Below are positions 7,929 through 15,264 of a DNA stretch of 32,000 bases, one piece after another. The stretch lies in contig JBAZVE010000001.1 of the NCBI GenBank assembly GCA_041661045.1, positions 270,001 to 302,000 on the forward strand, given 5' to 3'. Source of the DNA: Candidatus Saccharimonadota bacterium (GTDB taxonomy: Bacteria; Patescibacteriota; Gracilibacteria; UBA1369; 2-02-FULL-48-14). The notes under the pieces are model-generated. The model searched no databases, was not told the DNA's origin, and saw only the letters and a program-made list of their open reading frames with translations. A program made the position numbers and the translations under genes. Each line of letters starts with the position of its first letter. Position 1 is the first letter of the stretch.

Positions 7929-8441
7929 CTAGCGCTTTCTAAGTGCTTTGAGAAGGTAAAAGGCGGAGAAAAGTCCAAAGACCGCGTTGAGCCAGAAGAA
8001 AATCCAATCCTCTTTTATGAAGCTGAAGGTTGAGATTAAAATACACCCGAGCAAGAATACAGCATTCCTTTTAACGGTGTCTTTAGAAATAAAACCCAGA
8101 GCCAGTGCTATGAGGCCCAAAATGAAAAATACCGTCGTGGCATCTTCGAATAGAAAGAGAGACCAAATGAGTAGAGCGAGCCCGGAAACCACAATCAGGT
8201 GTGTAGAGATTTTTTCTTTTACATCCAGGAGGGTGAGCACGCTGGAAGCCGCACAGAGAAGCTCCAAAAGAACAAAGAAAAAGGGATTTGCCTCCAGGAA
8301 AAATGCCAAGCTTGCGTAGGCCAACATTCCAAAATTACCGATGCCAAAAATCCAGTTCTTGAGAGGCCGTTCGGGCCATGCGGAACCGATCACTAAAATG
8401 ATGGAACTAATAAGGCCGGTTAGGAAAACGGCGTTGATCAT
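7929..8441 (-). CDS. Polytopic membrane protein (about 6 TM), function unknown
   Basis: 170 aa, almost entirely hydrophobic helices. The two halves look related (AFFLEANPFFFVLLELL vs FSFIKEDWIFFWLNAVF). The start overlaps the upstream stop as ATGA. Confidence 0.65.
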   Translation of the reverse strand: MINAVFLTGLISSIILVIGSAWPERPLKNWIFGIGNFGMLAYASLAFFLEANPFFFVLLELLCAASSVLTLLDVKEKISTHLIVVSGLALLIWSLFLFEDATTVFFILGLIALALGFISKDTVKRNAVFLLGCILISTFSFIKEDWIFFWLNAVFGLFSAFYLLKALRKR

Positions 8442-8956
8442 TTCTTATGCTTAACTTGTTTGTTGGATTTGATCGCGTACGCAACGGCGGCCAGCACAAT
8501 CACAAGAGCTCCAACTCCATAAATGATTCTAAAATCTTGTTCGGAGGTGTCTTCGGGAGTTACCACTCCTGCCCCTAAACTTTCCGTGTCCGATTCCGCC
8601 AGAAGGCCGGTGAGGCTGCATATGTAAACTTCAAGCGTACCTTCGAATGAACTGGCGTAGACCATGTATTCTTTGCCTTCTTCAAAGTTAAATCCGCAGT
8701 CACCCCCACCCATGCCCGTATGAACTTGTATGGTGCTACCGTCCACCCCCTTCCATGATTCTATAACCTGGAGGGCAACGGCATACCCATCCTTCACTTC
8801 TTCAATCTCCAAAACTTTCCCGCTGAATACGGCCTCGGCATTTACCATTTCTTCTTGAGGCGTTCCGGGCATGATGCAACTACACGCATAAGCGGGCTGA
8901 ACCTGAGCAGTGAAGAGTGCTGAGAAAACGACAGTGGCGAGGAGAAGTTTTTTCAT
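8438..8956 (-). CDS. Secreted, C-terminally membrane-anchored protein with a TIMP/NTR-like N-domain signature
   Basis: Signal peptide MKKLLLATVVFSALFTAQVQPAYA with an AxA cleavage site. The predicted mature N-terminus is CSCIMPGTPQEE...AVFSGKV. It has only four Cys (C25, C27, C87 in GGGDCGFNF, C113 in YICS). A C-terminal TM helix (IIYGVGALVIVLAAVAYAI) is followed by KSNKQVKHKK. Confidence 0.75.
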   Translation of the reverse strand: MKKLLLATVVFSALFTAQVQPAYACSCIMPGTPQEEMVNAEAVFSGKVLEIEEVKDGYAVALQVIESWKGVDGSTIQVHTGMGGGDCGFNFEEGKEYMVYASSFEGTLEVYICSLTGLLAESDTESLGAGVVTPEDTSEQDFRIIYGVGALVIVLAAVAYAIKSNKQVKHKK

Positions 8957-8978
8957 AAGGGGAATTAGGAATACCTGT

Positions 8979-9347
8979 TTATAATAATTTAGCTAAATCT
9001 TTATCGAAAGTCAGAACTTTATGGCTCTGTGAAAAATAGTGAAGACTTTGATCTTGGAACGAAAGCTTCTTATGGGAATTCGCGAGGAAATATCGAATCA
9101 TCTCTTTTGTGAAATTTTCAGAGCTGAACCATATTTCCACATCACCGGAATTCAAGGCCATTTGAAGAAATTGGTCTGCTATTTTCTTCCCCACATGCAA
9201 AGTCAGCACATTCACCACTTCTATTAGAATGTGTTCGGGGATAACAATGGTTTCATGGATTTGATCAAAAATTTGTGAGGCCTTGGAGTGCTGTGAGTCA
9301 TCGATATTCAAGGCGGCGATCCAAATATTTGCATCCAGAATCAACAT
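8979..9347 (-). CDS. vapC: PIN-domain ribonuclease toxin (VapC-like)
   Basis: MLILDANIWIAAL... carries the conserved N-terminal Asp, with further acidic positions (IPEHILIEV, SFQDQ, TFDKD). The 122-aa size fits. It lies 3 nt downstream of a small antitoxin-like ORF. Confidence 0.8.
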   Translation of the reverse strand: MLILDANIWIAALNIDDSQHSKASQIFDQIHETIVIPEHILIEVVNVLTLHVGKKIADQFLQMALNSGDVEIWFSSENFTKEMIRYFLANSHKKLSFQDQSLHYFSQSHKVLTFDKDLAKLL

Positions 9348-9350
9348 TTA

Positions 9351-9602
9351 TTACGAGTAAAGGATTTTATCAATATTTTTACTTAAATTCTTATCTCCAG
9401 TATGAGTCTGTAGTTTTAGAAAATCTTTTAAAGTATATTTCCCTTTTTCCTTCTTTGTTCTATAGGGAATGATTCTAAAAATAGGTTTGGAGCTTTTGAA
9501 TACAATGAATTCAACCCCCTGTAAGGCACGATCAGAAATGGTCTTCATGTTTTGATGGAGTTCCTTGATCCCTACGATTTCAGCACCATCAAAGTCATTC
9601 AT
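9351..9602 (-). CDS. Type II antitoxin (Phd/YefM-like) partner of VapC
   Basis: 83 aa. The GIKELHQNMKTISDRALQGVEFIVFKSSKPIFRIIPY pattern resembles Phd/YefM-type antitoxin N-domains. It sits immediately upstream of the PIN gene. Confidence 0.65.
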   Translation of the reverse strand: MNDFDGAEIVGIKELHQNMKTISDRALQGVEFIVFKSSKPIFRIIPYRTKKEKGKYTLKDFLKLQTHTGDKNLSKNIDKILYS

Positions 9603-9608
9603 AAGGTT

Positions 9609-9636
9609 AGCTTATTGTTCACCTAAAGTTTAACAA
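9609..9636 (-). promoter_or_regulatory. Candidate TA promoter: -35 TTGTTA, 16 nt, -10 TAAGCT, 6 nt to the ATG
   Basis: Minus-strand reading is ...acttTTGTTAaactttaggtgaacaaTAAGCTaaccttATG. No SD sequence is present at a proper distance. Confidence 0.3.
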
Positions 9637-9660
9637 AAGTTGACCGATAAGGCAAGTTGA

Positions 9661-10431
9661 CTATTCAGCCTGGCAACCGGGATCAGCACTACCGGCCGTC
9701 TTTTCAAATTCTCCGTTTGAATCATCTTCGTAGAAGGCACCCGGTTTGAAGAATGTTTCATAAGCACGGTTAACAATCACTGCGGCTTCGGCACGAGTCA
9801 AAGTATTTTCTGGTTTAAAAGGGTATCCATATTCTTCAAAACCTCGGATGATGTTGTAGAAAGAAGCCGTATTAATGGAAATCCATTTCTCACGCAAATC
9901 CTCATCTTCCGCCCAATCCATAATATCTTGCAAACTGCCACCGTCCGACTCGGTAATACATTCGTAAGGATTTACCGCATTCATCAGAATGATTGCCGCG
10001 TTCACCCTGGAGATGGGTGTATTCGAGTAACGAACAAGTGAATTGGAGCCGTCGTAAGACGAATTGTAGTCAATATCCGGCTCCGTCTTGTCGAAAAGAT
10101 CTATGATCCAGGCTGTATTCACATATTCGTAGAACCAATCGTCCTCACTCACCCATTGCACGCTACTGGCGTCGTATTTATCCAGGTCGATGCCTGCTGT
10201 TTCAGTGACCATTTTTATAAATTCAGCGGTTGTCACCGTACTATCGGGATCGTAACTGTTTGCGCTTTTACCGGACACGATCCCCAACTCATAAATGTCT
10301 TTGATGTCTTCGTAAGCCCAATGGTCCGTACTCACATCGGAAAATGGCAAGTCGGAAGCGGCTACTGAGTGAATTTGAAAAAGAAAAAATACAAAAGAAA
10401 AAGCTAAAAGGGAGCTTATTTTTCCGAACAT
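9661..10431 (-). CDS. Secreted S-layer-homology (SLH) domain protein
   Basis: Signal peptide MFGKISSLLAFSFVFFLFQIHSVAA. SLH motifs include FSDVSTDHWAYEDIKDIYELGIVSGKSANSYDPDSTVTTAEFIKMV and, near the C-terminus, FKPENTLTRAEAAVIVNRAYE. Confidence 0.8.
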   Translation of the reverse strand: MFGKISSLLAFSFVFFLFQIHSVAASDLPFSDVSTDHWAYEDIKDIYELGIVSGKSANSYDPDSTVTTAEFIKMVTETAGIDLDKYDASSVQWVSEDDWFYEYVNTAWIIDLFDKTEPDIDYNSSYDGSNSLVRYSNTPISRVNAAIILMNAVNPYECITESDGGSLQDIMDWAEDEDLREKWISINTASFYNIIRGFEEYGYPFKPENTLTRAEAAVIVNRAYETFFKPGAFYEDDSNGEFEKTAGSADPGCQAE

Positions 10432-10455
10432 GAGAAATTGGTTAAATTGGCTTAA

Positions 10456-10484
10456 AGCCTAGCCCCCCCCATATAAAACTTCAA
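10456..10484 (-). promoter_or_regulatory. Candidate promoter of the SLH gene: -35 TTGAAG, 17-nt spacer containing G8, -10 TAGGCT
   Basis: Minus-strand reading is aaagccTTGAAGttttatatggggggggcTAGGCTttaagccaatttaaccaatttctcATG. Confidence 0.3.
10463..10470. repeat. Homopolymeric C8 (G8 on the coding strand of the flanking genes)
   Basis: agCCCCCCCCat read directly. It lies in the 59-nt gap between the purH stop and the SLH gene start. Confidence 0.95.
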
Positions 10485-10490
10485 GGCTTT

Positions 10491-12056
10491 TTAGTGCTTA
10501 AAACTCCTAATTCCGGTGCAAACCATGGTCATGCCGAGTTCATCGGCTTTTTTGATGACTTCTTCGTCACGAATGGACCCGCCCGGTTGGATGATGGAGT
10601 GAATACCGGCGGCGTGAGCCTCTTCCACAGCATCCGGGAAAGGGAAAAAGGCATCGGAGGCCATAACGGACCCGGGAACACGGTCGCCGCCTTTGCGTTT
10701 TGCAATGATGACGCTATCTACGCGAGACATTTGTCCGGCTCCGATTCCCGTTGCGCTGCAGCCCCCCTTGCTGTTCTTTTTGGCGAAAACCACGGCGTTG
10801 GATTTTACATGTTTCACAAGGATTCGTGCGAAAAGCATTTCTTCAATTTCATCCGGGGTGGGCTCTTGCTGGGTGACGACTTTGAGATCTTTTTCCGTCA
10901 CAACAAATTGATCGGCGTTCTGTACCAAAATCCCACCGGAAACTGTTTTGATGCTGCGTTGATTGGGGTTGCGGCGGAGCTCCCCGGTCTCCAGTAAACG
11001 AAGATTTTGCTTTTGGCTCAGGAGCTCGAGCGCGCCTTTTTCAAAATTTGGACAAATTATAATTTCCACGAAGAGTTTTTTGTCCACAATGTACTGGGCA
11101 ATTTCTTGGGTGCAGGGGCGATTGAGAGCAATCACGCAACCAAAAGCCGCCATGGGGTCCACCGAGTGGGCCTCAACAAAAGCGTCCGTAATGTTGTCAG
11201 CTGTGGCGGCCCCACAAGGGTTTGTGTGCTTTATTACTGCGGCTGCCGGCTTGTCAAAATCTTTGACAAGTTCCAGTGCCCCGTCGGCATCAATGATGTT
11301 ATTGAATGACAATTCTTTCCCCTGCAAAACCTTGGCATTGGTGACATTTGGGAAGTGATCGGTGGGGTCACGGAAAAAGACCGCCTTTTGGTGAGAATTT
11401 TCTCCGTAACGAAGTTTCATTACCTTTTCGTAATGCAAATCGAGCAGCTCCACCGGCTCTCCTTTGGTCCGTAAATATTCCGCAATGGCGTGATCGTAAT
11501 GGTTGGTTTTTTCAAAAACTTTGATGGCGAGATTGCGGCGAGTCTCTGCGCTTATCCCGCCTTGCTTCAACTCTTCAATGATCAAGGCATAGTCTTTTAT
11601 GGCGGTAACTGCGGTCACAAATTTGAAGTTCTTGGCGGCGGAGCGAAGCATGGCCGGGCCCCCGATGTCGATTTGCTCAATGGCTTCTTCCTCTGTAATT
11701 CCTTCTTTTTCCACGGTCTCGCTGAAGGGGTAGAGGTTGATGATGACCATATCGATGGGCTTGATTCCATTTTTTTCCGCCACTTCGTCATCCTCGCCGC
11801 GGCGCATCAAAATGCCGCCGTGCACCAGGGGATGCAGAGTTTTGACGCGGCCACCCATCATTTCCGGGAAGCCGGTATAGTCGGAAACATCGGTTACTTT
11901 AATGCCCGCCTCTTTGAGTGCTTTTGCGCTTCCTCCCGTCGATAAAATCTCCGCCCCGTGTTCGATGAGTGCTTCTGCCAGAGGGATCAGGTCCGTTTTG
12001 TCGGACACACTGATCAGGGCGCGAGCAATTTTGCGAACTCCAGTGAGAGGATTCAT
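10491..12056 (-). CDS. purH: Bifunctional AICAR formyltransferase / IMP cyclohydrolase PurH
   Basis: [65 protein letters not shown] (MGS-like IMPCH domain). The C-terminal AICARFT domain ends ...[28 protein letters not shown]. Full length at 521 aa. Confidence 0.95.
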   Translation of the reverse strand: MNPLTGVRKIARALISVSDKTDLIPLAEALIEHGAEILSTGGSAKALKEAGIKVTDVSDYTGFPEMMGGRVKTLHPLVHGGILMRRGEDDEVAEKNGIKPIDMVIINLYPFSETVEKEGITEEEAIEQIDIGGPAMLRSAAKNFKFVTAVTAIKDYALIIEELKQGGISAETRRNLAIKVFEKTNHYDHAIAEYLRTKGEPVELLDLHYEKVMKLRYGENSHQKAVFFRDPTDHFPNVTNAKVLQGKELSFNNIIDADGALELVKDFDKPAAAVIKHTNPCGAATADNITDAFVEAHSVDPMAAFGCVIALNRPCTQEIAQYIVDKKLFVEIIICPNFEKGALELLSQKQNLRLLETGELRRNPNQRSIKTVSGGILVQNADQFVVTEKDLKVVTQQEPTPDEIEEMLFARILVKHVKSNAVVFAKKNSKGGCSATGIGAGQMSRVDSVIIAKRKGGDRVPGSVMASDAFFPFPDAVEEAHAAGIHSIIQPGGSIRDEEVIKKADELGMTMVCTGIRSFKH

Positions 12057-12082
12057 AATGCTGCGTGAGCTTAGCTACTTTG

Positions 12083-12313
12083 TCATGGCAGGTCAAGCCC
12101 CCCTTTGCTCCACGGGTTGCAGCGGAGGATGCGCCAGAGACCTTTGAGGCTGCCACGAATGGCTCCATATTTGCCAATGGCCTCGTGAGTGTAGGCACTG
12201 CATGAGGGAGTGAATCGACAAAAACCCCCGGGGAAAATGTGCCGTAGCCAAGAGTGATCCGGGGAGAGGGTCACCTGATAGAGTCGGATGAGGAGTTGAA
12301 GGAGGGTCACCAT
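12083..12313 (-). CDS. yidD: Membrane protein insertion efficiency factor YidD
   Basis: 76 aa with [11 protein letters not shown]....[19 protein letters not shown]...[17 protein letters not shown], the YidD signature. Confidence 0.9.
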   Translation of the reverse strand: MVTLLQLLIRLYQVTLSPDHSWLRHIFPGGFCRFTPSCSAYTHEAIGKYGAIRGSLKGLWRILRCNPWSKGGLDLP

Positions 12314-13497
12314 ACGCCCATTACGCTTGGAGATATTTTGGTTCCGTTGTATTCAAGCTCGAAGTGCAAGTGGATTCCGGTGGCTCCGTAGACACGGCCG
12401 GTGTTCCCCATTTTTCCAATGGCCTGGCCCTGAGAAACCGTGTCTCCAACAGTTACGAAAATAGCCTCCATGTGGGCGTAGTGACTCTTGTAGCCATCGC
12501 CGTGGTCGATCCAAATATTGGTTCCATATCCTCCATCCCATCCTCCGGCAGATGCGTAAACCACGGTTCCGGACCCTGCTGCCAAAATGGGGGGCTGACT
12601 GCGGTCGGCCACATCATACGCGTAATGCCCGGCACGGTATCCTTGAGTGATTTTTCCTTGTGTGGGGCGAATCCAACCCTCGGCGCTGGGAGTGATGTCG
12701 TACTGAATAGTGGTGGGAAGATAGGACCCTCCGACATATCCGTAATCTTTGCTCTTGGAGTTGGTGTTTGCGATGTAAACCGGTGCTTCCGGTCGACCGT
12801 CCACAATAAAAATCTCTTCCCCTTCCGTGAGTTGACTATCGTCTTCAATGCCGTTGAATTCCTTGGTCTTATCCAGGCTTCCCTTGTATTTGTCCATGAG
12901 TGAAACCAGCGAGCTGCCTGCCGGGATTTTTACATAAATTCCATCTTTTGGAGGAATGGTGAGGACCTGGCCCACTTTTAAATAATCGCTGTTCCCCAAA
13001 CTTGTGTTGAGGTAGCGGAGGGAGCTCACTGAAACTCCCCAGCGGTAGGCGATCATCGAAAGGGTTTCTCCGGCTTGAACCTCATGCTCCATGCGTTCAC
13101 TGCGGTTTTGATCGTAGGTTCCCTCTCCCTCCAAGGGCATGTTTTTAATAATGTACCCCTCTTCATCCGTGATGTACGAGCCGGTGGTCTCCAGAGAAAG
13201 GTACTCTTTTCCCACATTTTCCCCTCCTGAGGAGGCGGCGGTGGTGTTTACAGAGGTGAGCAGCAGCAAAAAGATGCTGAAGGATGCCATTTGTGTGTAA
13301 AGACGACGGGGGGCGGGCATGCGATCCAAGGGATGCATGAATTGAGAAAGTCGCCTACCCGAAGGTAAGAGAAGGAAAAAGAGCTTTTGGGCTCCCCTCT
13401 TGAGGTGAAACCAAACTTGTCCCGGAAGAGTCTGATAATGGCCTTCGAAAAGTTTACGGTGTCGTTCTTTTCGGGCTTCTGTATTGACCTTACTCAT
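12307..13497 (-). CDS. LysM-domain M23 family peptidoglycan endopeptidase
   Basis: LysM: [27 protein letters not shown]...VGQVLTIP. M23: GHYAYDVA...GTVVYA...[21 protein letters not shown]...[17 protein letters not shown]. The ORF stays open to 14100, but that part is antisense to mutL. ATG 13497 (MSKVN...) is preceded by an extended -10 and is my preferred start. Alternatives are ATG 13338, 13320 and 13290, just before the hydrophobic anchor [13 protein letters not shown]. Confidence 0.8.
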   Translation of the reverse strand: MSKVNTEARKERHRKLFEGHYQTLPGQVWFHLKRGAQKLFFLLLPSGRRLSQFMHPLDRMPAPRRLYTQMASFSIFLLLLTSVNTTAASSGGENVGKEYLSLETTGSYITDEEGYIIKNMPLEGEGTYDQNRSERMEHEVQAGETLSMIAYRWGVSVSSLRYLNTSLGNSDYLKVGQVLTIPPKDGIYVKIPAGSSLVSLMDKYKGSLDKTKEFNGIEDDSQLTEGEEIFIVDGRPEAPVYIANTNSKSKDYGYVGGSYLPTTIQYDITPSAEGWIRPTQGKITQGYRAGHYAYDVADRSQPPILAAGSGTVVYASAGGWDGGYGTNIWIDHGDGYKSHYAHMEAIFVTVGDTVSQGQAIGKMGNTGRVYGATGIHLHFELEYNGTKISPSVMGVW

Positions 13498-13504
13498 CTT
13501 GTGA

Positions 13505-13513
13505 ATTCTTGCA
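13505..13513 (-). promoter_or_regulatory. Extended -10-like element TGcAAGAAT, 7 nt upstream of ATG 13497
   Basis: Minus-strand reading is atttttgTGCAAGAATtcacaagATG. Confidence 0.35.
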
Positions 13514-13539
13514 CAAAAATGGACGGGTGGCAAGGGGGG

Positions 13540-13548
13540 TGCTAGATT
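13540..13548 (+). promoter_or_regulatory. Extended -10 TGcTAGATT, 6 nt upstream of the mutL ATG (13555)
   Basis: ggggggTGCTAGATTctggatATG. A weak -35 TGGACG at 13520-13525 has 17-nt spacing. No SD sequence. Confidence 0.45.
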
Positions 13549-13554
13549 CTGGAT

Positions 13555-15258
13555 ATGCAGACCATCCATTTGCTTCCGCAGGAACTCATTAGTCAAATCG
13601 CCGCGGGGGAAGTGATTGAACGACCGGCCAGTGCGGTGAAAGAGCTGGTGGAGAACGCAATTGACAGTGGCGCCACGCAGATTGGCATTGAAATCGAGGC
13701 GGGTGGACTCCGGAAAATTCGAGTGGTGGACAATGGCTGTGGAATGACGGTGGAGGATGCACGACTGGCGTTTACGCGGCACGCCACCAGTAAAATTGTG
13801 GCCTTGGAGGATTTGCTCCGCCTGAGGAGTTTGGGTTTCCGTGGAGAAGCTTTGGCGAGCATCGCCAGTATTGCGCGGGTGAATTTGAAGACGAGGCGGA
13901 GTGAAGATGTGGTGGGGACGCAAGTGGAAATGGATGGCGGGCGAGAGGAGCTTTTTGAACCGGTGGCGTGCAGCAGTGGAAGCGATTTCACCATTTATGG
14001 GCTTTTTGAACACACCCCGGCGCGAAGAAAATACATGAAGTCCGAATCCACGGAGTATGGACATATTTTTGACCTCCTGTGTGCCATTGCCCTGGCCCAT
14101 TCAAGTGTGGGCTTTCGACTCAAAAAAGACGGGGTGGAGGTTTTTGATTTGCCCGCGGCGCAGAGTATAAAAGACCGCGTACGGGTTTTGTTTGGAGGAG
14201 GCACGGCCAACGCTCTTTTGCCTTTGCGTTACGACCAGTCCAATTTCACGGTGAGCGGATACATAGGGAAGCCCGAGCTTGCGAGGGCGACCAAGAAATA
14301 TCAGTATTTATTTGTGAATGGGCGATGCATCGAAAATCGTTTGGTGAGTCACGCGGTAAAAGAAGCGTTTCATTCGCTGCTCATGCATGAAAAAAATCCG
14401 TGGTTTATTGTTGATATTCAAATGGATCCGGCTTTGGTGGACTGCAATGTGCATCCACGAAAACTGGAGGTGCGATTCGTCAATTCACAAGAAGTGCATC
14501 ACATTATTTTTGGCGCGGTGAAGCATGCTTTGGAAAATAATTTGTTGACTCCTTTGATTCAATCGGCGAACATTCGCACGGAGTCTTTGCTCGATAAAGT
14601 GCAGAATTTTGAACCTCTTTTGGTGGGTGGACCGGCGCCGTTGGGGGAACAGGTGCTGGATTTCTCGGTGCAGGGACTTGCCTTGCGGCCCCTTGTACAA
14701 ATCGCGCGATCCTACATTGTGGCGGAGAGTGAGGAGGGTCTGGTGCTGATCGATCAACACGCGGCCCACGAACGAGTACGATACGAGCGGCTGATGCATG
14801 CCCTTGAAAACAAGCGCGATTTGAAACAAGTGCTGTTGACTCCTTTGGAGCTGGACTTGGGCGTGGACAGCCAAAGACTGATTCGAGAAAATCGTGAAGA
14901 TTTTGCGGCATTGGGTTTTGAGTTTGAGGAATTCGGCGGCTCTAGTTTTGTGGTTCGCAGCATTCCGGCCGGACTCGAAAAAAGAGACCCTGAACGGGTG
15001 ATTCAAGAAATTTTGGCTGATTTTACCGCAGAGTGGAAGCAAAACCGTGTGCACCGCAATTTGGAGAGCCTCGCCACCATGACGGCGTGCCGTGGTGCCA
15101 TCAAGTTTGGGGATACGCTCACCCTGGGAGAGATGCAGGCTTTGGTGAAAGACATGCAGGAAACCAAAAATGCCACCCACTGCCCTCATGGCCGACCCTC
15201 CATGATTTCTTTCAGCTACGACAAATTGGAGACCTTGTTTAAACGGAGGAATTTTTAG
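13555..15258 (+). CDS. mutL: DNA mismatch repair endonuclease MutL
   Basis: The N-terminal GHKL ATPase region reads IHLLPQELISQIAAGEVIERPASAVKELVENAIDSGAT. The C-terminal endonuclease motifs are DQHAAHERVRYE, ACRGAIKFGD and CPHGRP. Confidence 0.95.
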   Translation: MQTIHLLPQELISQIAAGEVIERPASAVKELVENAIDSGATQIGIEIEAGGLRKIRVVDNGCGMTVEDARLAFTRHATSKIVALEDLLRLRSLGFRGEALASIASIARVNLKTRRSEDVVGTQVEMDGGREELFEPVACSSGSDFTIYGLFEHTPARRKYMKSESTEYGHIFDLLCAIALAHSSVGFRLKKDGVEVFDLPAAQSIKDRVRVLFGGGTANALLPLRYDQSNFTVSGYIGKPELARATKKYQYLFVNGRCIENRLVSHAVKEAFHSLLMHEKNPWFIVDIQMDPALVDCNVHPRKLEVRFVNSQEVHHIIFGAVKHALENNLLTPLIQSANIRTESLLDKVQNFEPLLVGGPAPLGEQVLDFSVQGLALRPLVQIARSYIVAESEEGLVLIDQHAAHERVRYERLMHALENKRDLKQVLLTPLELDLGVDSQRLIRENREDFAALGFEFEEFGGSSFVVRSIPAGLEKRDPERVIQEILADFTAEWKQNRVHRNLESLATMTACRGAIKFGDTLTLGEMQALVKDMQETKNATHCPHGRPSMISFSYDKLETLFKRRNF

Positions 15259-15264
15259 AAGGAT

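Noticed and set aside
7919-7978. TTG start for uppP at 7978
   Set aside because: It would overlap the upstream gene by 50 nt and add a non-conserved 20-aa leader. GTG 7918 gives the canonical UppP N-terminus.
10441-10490. Intrinsic terminator after purH (AAAGCCT ... AGGCTTT)
   Set aside because: The 7-bp arms are separated by a loop of about 23 nt and are not followed by a U-tract. This makes a poor terminator, and a promoter-spacer interpretation fits better.
13498-14100. 5' extension of the M23 peptidase ORF; the track gives 12307-14100, 597 aa
   Set aside because: The extra 200 codons run antisense across the well-supported mutL N-terminus. They encode an R/H/P-rich, low-complexity-looking sequence. 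An extended -10 lies directly upstream of ATG 13497.
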